64,000 nucleotides of DNA from Eledone cirrhosa (Eukaryota): assembly GCA_964016885.1 (NCBI GenBank), contig OZ024742.1:276148001-276212000 (forward strand). Direction: 5' to 3'. The notes beneath the pieces are model-generated. The model saw only the letters and a list, made by a program, of their open reading frames with translations, made no database searches and was not told the DNA's origin. The position numbers and the translations under genes are program-made. Numbering within the stretch: position 1 is the first letter of the stretch; the number at the start of each line of letters is the position of its first letter. This document shows, one piece after another, positions 55,752-64,000 of the stretch.

Positions 55752-58700
55752 ACTGTAGTCTCTGCTCCTACCTGACATACTCTAACCCACAGATATGTTG
55801 TCTCCCCTCTCTGTCAGTTCTACCACTACAACTATAGTCTCTGCTCCTATCTGACATGCTCTAGTCCACAGATATGTTGTCTCCCCTCTCTGTCAGTTCT
55901 ACCACTACAACTATAGTCTCTGCTCCTACCTGACATACTCTAACCCACACATATGTTGTCTCCCCTCTCTGTCAGTTCTACCACTACAACTGTAGTCTCT
56001 GCTCCTACCTGACATACTCTAGCCCACAGATATGTTGTCTCCACGCTCTGTCAGTTCTACCACTGCAACTGTAGTCTCTGCTCCTACCTGACATACTCTA
56101 GCTCACAGATATGTTGTCTCCTCTCTCTGTCAGTTCTACCACTACATCTGTAGTCTCTGCTCCTACCTGACATACTCTAGCTCACAGATATGTTGTCTCC
56201 CTTCTCTGTCAGTTCTACCACTACAACTATAGTCTCTGCTCCCCACTGACATACTCTAGCCCACAGATATGTTGTCTCCCCTCTCTGTCAGTTCTACCAC
56301 TACAACTGTAGTCTCTGCTCCTCACTGACATGCTCTAGCCCACAGATATGTTGTCTCCCCTCTCTGTCAGTTCTACCACTACAACTGTAGTCTCTGCTCC
56401 TCACTGACATGCTCTAGCCCACAGATAAGTTTCTCCCCTCTCTGTCTGTTCTACCACTACAACTGTAGTCTCTGCTCCTCACTGACATGCTCTAGCCCAC
56501 AGATATGTTGTCTCCCCTCTCTGTCAGTTCTACCACTACAACTGTAGTCTCTGCTCCTACCTAACATAATCTAAGCCACAGATATGTTGTCTCCCCTCTC
56601 TGTCAGTTCTACCACTACAACTGTAGTCTCTGCTCCTACCTGACATACTCTAGCCCTTAGATATGTTGTCTTCCCTCTCTGTCAGTTCTACCACTACAAC
56701 TATAGTCTCTGCTCCTACCTGACATACTCTAGCCCACATATATGTTGTCTCCCCTCTCTGTCAGTTCTAGCACTACAACTATAGTCTCTGCTACTCACTG
56801 ACATACTCTAAACCACAGATATGTTGTCTCCATTCTCTGTCAGTTCTACCATTACAACTATAGTCTCTGCTACCATCTGACATACTCTAGCCCACAGATA
56901 TGTTGTCTCGCCTCTCTGTCAGTTCTACCACTACAACTGTAGTCTCTGCTCCTCATCTACATCTTCTAGCTCACAGATATGTTGTCTCCCCACTCTGTCA
57001 GTTCTACCACTACAACTATAGTCTCTGCTCCTACCTGACATACTCTAACCCACAGATATGTTGTCTCGCCTCTCTGTCAGTTCTACCACTACAACTGTAG
57101 TCTCTGCTCCTCATCTACATCTTCTAGCTAACAGATATGTTGTCTCCCCTCTCTGTCAGTTCTACCACTACAACTGTAGTCTCTGCTCCTACCTGACATA
57201 CTCTAGCCCACCGATATGTTTTTTTTCCCTCTCTGTCAGTTCTACCACTACAACTGTAGCCTCTGCTCCTACCTGACATACTCTAGCCCTTAGATATGTT
57301 TTCTTCCCTCTCTGTCAGTTCTACCACTACAACTATAGTCTCTGCTCCTACCTGACATACTCTATCCCACAGATATGTTGTCTCCCCTCTTTGTCAGATC
57401 TACCACTACAACTGTAGTCTCTGCTCCTCATTGACATACTCTAGCTTACAGATATGTTGTCTCCCCTCTCTGTCAGTTCTAGCACTACAACTGTATTCTC
57501 TGCTATTCACTGACATACTCTAACCCACAGATATGTTGTCTCCCCTCTCTGTCAGTTCTACCACTACAACTGTAGTCTCTGCTCCTACCTGACATAATCT
57601 AACCCACAGATATGTTGTCTCCCCTCTCTGTCAGTTCTACCACTACAACTGTAGTCTCTGCTCCTACCAAACATACTCTAGCCCTTAGATATGTTGTCTT
57701 CCCTCTCTGTCAGATCTACCACTACAACTGTAGTCTCTGCTCCTCACTGAAATACTCTAGATTACAGATATGTTGTCTCCCCTCTCTGTCAGTTCTACCA
57801 CTACAACTATAGTCTCTGCTCCCCACTGACATACTCTAGCCCACAGATATGTTGTCTCCCCTCTTTGTCAGTTCTACCACTACAACTAAGTCTCTGCTCC
57901 TCACTGACATGCTCTAGCTCACAGATATGTTGTCTCCCCTCTCTGTCAGTTCTACCACTACAACTATAGTCTCTGCTCCTACCTGACATAATCTAACCCA
58001 CAAATATGTTGTCTCCCCTCTCTGTCAGTTCTACCACTACAACTGTAGTCTCTGCTCCTACCAAACATACTCTAGCCCTTAGATATGTTGTCTTCCCTCT
58101 CTGTCAGATCTACCACTACAACTGTAGTCTCTGCTCCTCACTGAAATACTCTAGCCCACCGATATGTTGTCTCCCCTCTCTGTCAGTTCTACCACTACAA
58201 CTGTAGTCTCTGCTCCTACTTACATACTCTAACCCACAGATATGTTGTCTCCCCTCTCTGTCAGTTCTACCACTACAACTGTAGTCTCTGCTCATCACTG
58301 ACATACTCTAGCTCACAGATATGTTGTCTCCCCTCTCTGTCAGTTCTACCACTACAACTGTAGTCTCTGCTCCTACCTGACATACTCTAGCCCACCGATA
58401 TGTTTTTTCCCTCTCTGTCAGTTCTACCACTACAACTGTAGTCTCTGCTCCTACCTGACATACTCTAACCCACAGATATGTTGTCTCCTCTCTCTGTCAG
58501 TTCTACCACTACAACTATAGTCTCTGCTCCTCACTGACATACTCTAGCCCACCGATATGTTTTTTCCCTCTCTGTCAGATCTACCACTACAACTGTAGTC
58601 TCTGCTCATCACTGACATACTCTAGCTCACAGATATGTTGTCTCCCCTCTCTGTCAGTTCTACCACTACAACTGTAGTCTCTGCTCCTACCTGACATACT

Positions 58701-61494
58701 CTAGCCCACAGATATGTTGTCTCCCCTCTCTTTCAGTTCTACCACTACAACTTTAGTCTCTGCTCCTTACTGACATACTCTAGCCCACAGATATGTTGTC
58801 TCCCCTCTCTTTCAGTTCTACCACTACAACTCTAGTCTCTGCTCCTTCCTGACATACTCTAGCCCACAGATATGTTGTCTCCCCTCTCTGTCAGTTCTAC
58901 CACTACAACTCTAGTCTCTTCTCTTCACTGACATACTCTAGCCCACAGATATGTTGTCTCCCCTCTCTGTCAGTTCTACCACTACAACTATAGTCTATGC
59001 TCCTATCTGACATACTCTAGCCCACAGATATTTTGTCTCCTCTCTCTGTCAATTCTACCACTACAACTATAATCTCTGCTCCTACCTGACATACTCTAGC
59101 CCACAGATATGTTGTCTTCCCTCTCTGTCAGTTCTACCACTACAACTGTAGTCTCTGCTCCTACCTGACATACTCTAGCTCACAGATATGTTGTCTCCTC
59201 TCTCTGTCAGTTCTACCACTACAACTGTAGTCTCTGCTCCTACCTGACATACTCTAGCTCACAGATATGTTGTCTCCCCTCTCTGTCAGTTCTACCACTA
59301 CAACTGTAGTATCTGCTCCTCACTGATATACTCTAGCCCTCATATATGTTGTCTCCCCTCTCTGTCAGTTCTACCTCTACAACTATAGTCTCTCCTACTC
59401 ACTGACATACTCTAACCCACAGATATGTTGTCTCCCCTCTCTGACAGTTCTACCATTACAACTATAGTCTCTGCTCCTATCTGACATACTCTAGCCCACA
59501 GATATGTTGTCTCCCCTCTCTGTCATTTCTACCATTACAACTGTAGTCTCTGCTCCTCACTGACATACTCTAACCCACAGACATGTTGTCTCCCCTCTCT
59601 GTCAGTTCTACCACTACAACTGTAGTCTCTGCTCCTACCTGACATACTCTAGCCGACAAATGTGTTCTCTCCCCTCTTTGTCAGTTCTACCACTACAACT
59701 GTAGTCTCTGCTCTTCACTGACATACTCTAGCTCACAGATATGTTGTCTCCCCTCTCTGTCAGTTCTACCACTACAACTATAGTCTCTACTCCTACCTGA
59801 CATACTCTAGCCCACAGAAATGTTGTCTCCCCTCTCTGTCAGTTCTACCACTACAACTATAGTCTCTGCTCCCCACTGACATACTCTAGCCCACAGATAT
59901 GTTGTCTCCCCTCTCTGTCAGTTCTACCACTACAACTGTAGTCTCTGCTCATCACTGACATACTCTAGCCCACAGATATGTTGTCTCCCCTCTCTGTCAG
60001 TTCTACCACTACAACTCTAGTCTCTGCTCCTATCTGACATACTCTAGCCCTTAGATATGTTGTCTCCCCTCTCTGTCAGTTCTACCACTACAACTGTAGT
60101 CTCTGCCCCTCACTGACATACTCTAGCTTACAGATATGTTGTCTCCCCTCTCTGTCAGTTCTAGCACTACAACTATAGTCTCTGCTACTCACTGACATAC
60201 TCTAAACCACAGATATGTTGTCTCCATTCTCTGTCAGTTCTACCATTACAACTATACTCTCTGCTCCTATCTGACATACTCTAGCCCACAGATATGTTGT
60301 CTCGCCTCTCTGTCAGTTCTACCACTACAACTGTAGTCTCTGCTCCTCATCTACATCTTCTAGCTCACAGATATGTTGTCTCCCCACTCTGTCAGTTCTA
60401 CCACTACAACTATAGTCTCTGCTCCTACCTGACATACTCTAACCCACAGATATGTTGTCTCGCCTCTCTGTCAGTTCTACCACTACAACTGTAGTCTCTG
60501 CTCCTCATCTACATCTTCTAGCTCACAGATATGTTGTCTCCCCACTCTGTCAGTTCTACCACTACAACTGTAGTCTCTGCTCCTACCTGACATACTCTAA
60601 CCCACAGATATGTTGTCTCCCCTCTCTGTCAGTTCTACCACTACAACTGTAGTCTCTGCTCCTACCTGACATACTCTAGCCCACCGATATGTTTTTTCCC
60701 CTCTCTGTCAGTTCTACCACTACAACTGTAGTCTCTGCTCCTACCTGACATACTCTAGCCCTTAGATATGTTTTCTTCCCTCTCTGTCAGTTCTACCACT
60801 ACAACTGTTGTCTCTGCTCCTACCTGACATACTCTAGCCCACAGATATGTTGTCTCCCCTCTTTGTCAGATCTACCACTACAACTGTAGTCTCTTCTCCT
60901 CATTGACATACTCTAGCTTACAGATATGTTGTCTCCCCTCTCTGTCAGTTCTAGCACTACAACTGTAGTCTCTGCTCCTCACTGACATACTCTAGCCCAC
61001 AGATATGTTGTCTCCCCTCTCTGTCAGTTCTACCACTACAACTCTAGTCTCTGCTCCTCACTGACATACTCTAGCCCACAGATATGTTGTCTCCCCTCTC
61101 TGTCAGTTCTACCACTACAACTCTAGTCTCTGCTCCTCACTGACATACTCTAGCCCACAGATATCTTGTCTCCCCTCTCTGTCAGTTCTACCACTACAAC
61201 TCTAGTCTCTGCTCCTCACTGACATACTCTAGCCCACAGATATCTTGTCTCCCCTCTCTGTCAGTTCTACCACTACAACTCTAGTCTCTGCTCCTCACTG
61301 ACATACTCTAGCCCACAGATATGTTGTCTCCCCTCTCTGTCAGTTCTACCAATACAACTATAGTCTCTGCTCCTACCTGACATACTCTAGCTCACAGATA
61401 TGTTGCCTCCCCTCTCTGTCAGTTATACCACTGCAGCTGTAGTCTCTGCTCCTACCTGACATACTCTAACCCACAGTTATGTTGTCTCCCCTCT

Positions 61495-61543
61495 ACCAAC
61501 ACAACTGTACTCACAAACCTGCTCAGCCATACCCAACTCTAGC
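61495..61543. repeat. Decayed terminal satellite monomer (array edge)
   Basis: CTCTACCAACACAACTGTA...CTGCTC...ACTCTAGC keeps monomer landmarks in order but with indels and substitutions. Confidence 0.6.
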
Positions 61544-61550
61544 ACCTTAG

Positions 61551-61556
61551 AATAAA
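61551..61556 (+). promoter_or_regulatory. Candidate polyadenylation signal AATAAA followed by T/GT-rich sequence
   Basis: AATAAA lies immediately after the array end, followed by TGTTGTGTACACTTTTTGTTG. Motif only; no transcript evidence. Confidence 0.2.
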
Positions 61557-61733
61557 TGTTGTGTACACTTTTGTTGCTTATATATGTGTATCTTGTATAT
61601 ATGTGTGTGTCCTGTCTGTATGTTGTCTGTCTGCCTGTCTGTATGTCTGCATGTTTTGTTTGTATGTTGTCTGTGTGTGTTTCTTGTATTTGTCTGTGTG
61701 TGTACATCTGTCTTGTTTGTATATATATGTGTC
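61557..61733. repeat. Degenerate TG/TGTC/TGTA low-complexity simple repeat
   Basis: Interleaved TGTG, TGTC and TGTA units; produces the spurious C/V/Y-rich ORF segments. Confidence 0.85.
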
Positions 61734-62265
61734 TGTCGCTGTGGATCCACCGTGGACTCTTTTGGCCTCCACCCGCTTTCCTGCCGCCACAGTGCCGGCC
61801 ACCTTCCACACCATGCTGCCGTCAACGAGGTCATAAAGCATGGCTTGAACACTGCAAGCTTCCCCGCCCAGCTCGACCCGGTGGGGCTGGACCGAGGGGA
61901 CAGCAAAAGACCAGACGGCATAACCATCTTCCCATTCTGCGGTGGCAAACCCCTTGTCTGGGATGCCACTTTCACCGACACTTTCTCCAGCCACAACCTG
62001 GTGCAGTCTGTGACTAACCCAGGTTCTGCTGCACGTCGGGCTGAGGAGCCCAAACTCTCCAAGTACCGATCGCTCTCTGATAGGTTCGCGGTCGTGCCTT
62101 TGGCAGTGGAGACTTCTGGTATCCTTCGCCCTAGGGCTACCTCCCTACTCACCACGATAGGTGCTGAGTTGGCCAGCCGCAGGTGTGAGCCTTGCGAGCT
62201 GGAATGGCTCTTCCAGCTCATCCCCCTTCATCCGGGGAAACGCCTTCTCCATTCTGTCCGCCGGG
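61734..62265 (+). pseudogene. Frameshifted remnant of the zinc-knuckle + PD-(D/E)XK-type endonuclease domain; no RT domain and no genuine start codon
   Basis: The frame of ORF 61584 gives CRCG...WLFQLI to ~62222. The conserved IRGNAFSILSAG continues from 62230 in the frame of ORF 62161, implying a small indel at ~62223-62230. Confidence 0.8.
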
Positions 62266-62547
62266 CTTGGAGAGGCCAGCACATGGGACTCCATTTGCTC
62301 ACCATATGGAGAGATGGGGAGGGCGAGAGAGATGGAGGTGATGACAGTGGGAGTTCGGCTCTTCCATGTTCAGACCATATCCTTGTGGTTGTGTTTATCA
62401 AGCCCTAGTGCAGTAATGTGATTGAGTTAATCCTAGTTGGTTGTTTAAGATATTGTCTCTAACTTACATTTCCCCTCTTCGCTACAGTCCCTAATATTCT
62501 CTTCTGTTTTATAAGTTCTCTTATTATTATTTGCATGTATAAATGTT
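61734..62547 (+). mobile_element. 5'-truncated non-LTR retrotransposon with restriction-like endonuclease (CRE-clade-like): 3' end of ORF plus putative 3' UTR
   Basis: GC-richer island translating as CRCGSTVDSFGLHPLSC..HHAAVNEVIK (zinc knuckle and RHxxxN-like motif), KRPDG (RPDG at 61908-61919), LVWDAT..DT, AARRAEEPKLSKY, VPLAVETSG, WLFQ / IRGNAFSIL. This is the motif series of the C-terminal RLE domain of CRE-type LINEs. 3' boundary uncertain. Confidence 0.85.
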
Positions 62548-62555
62548 CTCTCTGT

Positions 62556-62558
<3 letters not shown>

Positions 62559-62652
<94 letters not shown>
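62559..62652. repeat. (TG)47 microsatellite, followed by a degenerate TGTA/TG tract to ~62742
   Basis: Perfect 94-bp TG run read directly. Confidence 0.98.
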
Positions 62653-62653
<1 letters not shown>

Positions 62654-63261
62654 CTACAACCTCTTTGTATATGTGCGTGATATGTATGTATGTATGCTTA
62701 TGTCGTGTTAGTATTTACGCGTATGTGTTTGTATGTGTGTGTTTTTAGATTTATAAATGAGAAAAGAAAGAAAAACAAACCACAAAGTACTCAATACATG
62801 TAAAGTTTACTTCTTTATTTAAATTTCAGTCACTGTAGAACGATGGAAATAGGAAAACGGAGAGAGGCGCTATGGCAAGAAGTTTCAGCTTGAGATAAAA
62901 GATTTCACGCACGCATACAGACATGCACATGCATACACTCAAAGGAAGTACATAAAAGAGAGATGTTTCTCAATTGAAGGCTACATTTTTAATGAAATTT
63001 TATTAGGGGATAAATTATTATTCATGACGTCTTACTGAGCATAATTGAATATTTCAAAAGTCGTAACCGAAATTAGTGCATCTAAAGGGAGGTAACTACT
63101 AAGAAAATGTTATATAGCAATTAGATATAGGTATCAAATATGTGTTTATCAATTCAAAAAGTGTTATACAGATACAATTAATAATTATGCAAGTTATACG
63201 TATATGGACTGATAGTAATTAAACTCCTACCTACACATTTATACAGATAGAAACAAACACC

Positions 63262-63307
63262 CATACATACATACATACATACATACATACATACATACAT
63301 ACATACA

Positions 63308-63337
<30 letters not shown>
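63262..63337. repeat. (CATA)19 microsatellite; on the minus strand (TATG)n, which may be the tail or the target of the adjacent element
   Basis: Perfect 76-bp tetranucleotide run. Confidence 0.97.
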
Positions 63338-63340
<3 letters not shown>

Positions 63341-63789
63341 GGTGGCTGCCAACTCGTTTTCGAGTACGGCCACTACTTTATATCCATGTAGGAGAACTCC
63401 TACCGATGCGCTGAACGAGTGTGACTTTTTAGTCCAGCCAGCGACTTGAAAACTCTGGTACAAACACTACACTTGTGACAATTATTGACACACAGTGCTG
63501 GGCCCATGGTACCATGTGACGACAAGTGCAGAGAGATCTCCAGATATAAAGCAATGCCTGTGCCGTGAAGCTTTTATAGTGAGCAAAGGCACTGCACAAA
63601 TCCAGTCCCACTCTCTTAACCAAGATGATATTTACCAAAAAGAAGAACACGTCAACATCATTTGATAGCATCAGGGTTGCAGGTGTTATATCAGAGTTTT
63701 CCTTCTCCTAGAATTCTGCCTTGACAAAGGCTAAGGGGTCATCTCTCCCGGTGATTTTGGATGGCCATTGACTCTTAAGAGCTCCTTTG
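63341..63789 (-). mobile_element. Short non-autonomous RTE-clade-derived retroelement (bipartite: LINE 5' UTR joined to LINE 3' end)
   Basis: Minus-strand 5' part has TAGCCTTTGTCAAGGCAGAATTCTAGGAGAAGGAAAACTCTGA, resembling the conserved RTE 5' UTR motif. The 3' part encodes CSVCTRVFKSLAGLKSHTRSAH* and then a terminal stem-loop (63342-63373) abutting (TATG)n. Flanked by the direct repeat CATACATATAT (63330-63340, 63790-63800). Confidence 0.7.
63400..63480 (-). pseudogene. C2H2 zinc-finger remnant (C-terminus of an RTE-like ORF), not shown in the ORF track
   Basis: Manual translation CHKCSVCTRVFKSLAGLKSHTRSAHR* fits C-x2-C-x3-F-x5-L-x2-H-x4-H, ending in TAG at 63402-63400. Confidence 0.75.
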
Positions 63790-63855
63790 CATACATATAT
63801 ACATACATACATACATACATACATACATACACACACACATATATGTGTGTGTGTA
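63790..63855. repeat. Compound (CATA)n/(CA)n/(TG)n simple repeat
   Basis: Read directly. Confidence 0.9.
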
Positions 63856-63933
63856 AAAGGTAAACAGAAATAACAAAACAAACGACACAGTACATGGAAG
63901 AAATATATTACTTTAAAGCTTGAAATAGCAGGA

Positions 63934-63935
<2 letters not shown>

Positions 63936-63989
<54 letters not shown>

Positions 63990-64000
63990 TATATATATAT
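63936..64000. repeat. (AT)n microsatellite running off the window end
   Basis: AT run with one phase slip near 63982. Confidence 0.97.

Larger units (their letters stand above)
1..61494. repeat. 79-bp satellite DNA array, ~780 head-to-tail monomers in a single orientation, continuing beyond the left edge
   Basis: Monomer recurs with period 79 throughout (ORF-track offsets of 158, 237 and 316 are multiples of 79). Most copies differ from consensus by a few substitutions. Consensus composition C28 T25 A17 G9, no CpG. No inversion or foreign insertion seen. Confidence 0.99.

Noticed and set aside
964-60652. About 40 near-identical 60-72 aa ORFs (MLSPLSVSSTTTT..., and minus-strand SRDYSCSGRTDRE...) resembling a peptide gene family or mucin repeat
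   Set aside because: 79 is not a multiple of 3, so each ORF cycles through the three frames of the monomer. ORFs appear only where a substitution removes a consensus stop (e.g. TGA->TGC) and end at the next stop. No sign of coding constraint.
1-61494. CRISPR array or repeat-spacer system
   Set aside because: No unique spacers: the entire 79 bp is repeated, there are no cas genes, and the context is eukaryotic.
1-61494. Tandem hammerhead ribozyme or retrozyme satellite (CTGA motifs on both strands)
   Set aside because: The core needs CUGANGA and GAAA. The + strand has CTGACAT and the - strand has CTGACAGA and GAAC; no canonical core or three-helix junction could be built.
1-61494. Spliced-leader RNA, tRNA, 5S or snRNA gene array (prompted by the neighbouring CRE-like element)
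   Set aside because: The unit is only 79 bp with no spacer, no Sm site on the strand carrying the donor-like motif, no A/B boxes or cloverleaf, and no oligo-T terminator in the consensus.
61477-62221. Overlapping ORFs 61477-61809(-), 61547-62221(-), 61578-61994(-), 61556-62017(+), 61561-61836(+)
   Set aside because: Alternative-frame or antisense shadows of the GC-rich retroelement fragment plus stop-poor simple repeat; no recognisable motifs.
61584-62408. 274-aa ORF as an intact gene
   Set aside because: The first ~50 codons are translated TG-rich simple repeat and the last ~60 are out of frame after the indel near 62225. Only the middle is real (retrotransposon endonuclease remnant).
63223-63404. 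CTCCTACC at ~63223 and ~63397, matching part of the satellite monomer
   Set aside because: Only 8-9 bp with no flanking similarity; not enough to link the satellite to the flank or the retroelement.
62560-63671. ORFs 62560-62748 (CV repeat), 63239-63463 (MYVC repeat) and 63429-63671
   Set aside because: The first two are microsatellite translations. The third has no recognisable motif, and the meaningful zinc-finger frame is a different one.
63828-63855. 28-bp perfect palindrome TACACACACACATATATGTGTGTGTGTA
   Set aside because: A trivial product of adjoining CA and TG microsatellites; common in such genomes.

Overview
Eukaryotic (metazoan-type) repeat DNA with no intact gene. About 96% of the window (1-~61494, open at the left edge) is one uninterrupted head-to-tail satellite array of roughly 780 copies of a 79-bp monomer (consensus CCCACAGATATGTTGTCTCCCCTCTCTGTCAGTTCTACCACTACAACT(A/G)TAGTCTCTGCTCCT(AC/CA)CTGACATACTCTA(G/A)). 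The array shows nested multi-kb duplications (about 102->82-mer, 75-mer, 47-mer) and regional variant domains, and the monomer looks like an ancient dimer of a ~40-bp unit. All 60-72 aa ORFs in the array are chance read-throughs. The last 2.5 kb is the array boundary: a decayed monomer, AATAAA plus a GT-rich tract, a 5'-truncated frameshifted CRE-like non-LTR retrotransposon (zinc knuckle + PD-(D/E)XK-type endonuclease) between TG repeats, and a ~450-bp minus-strand bipartite RTE-derived non-autonomous element (RTE-like 5' UTR motif + C2H2 finger remnant + 3' hairpin) inside a (CATA)n microsatellite. I cannot support a new multi-gene system; the most interesting items are the satellite architecture and the two microsatellite-embedded retroelements. 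Family assignments are from motif recognition, not database searches.
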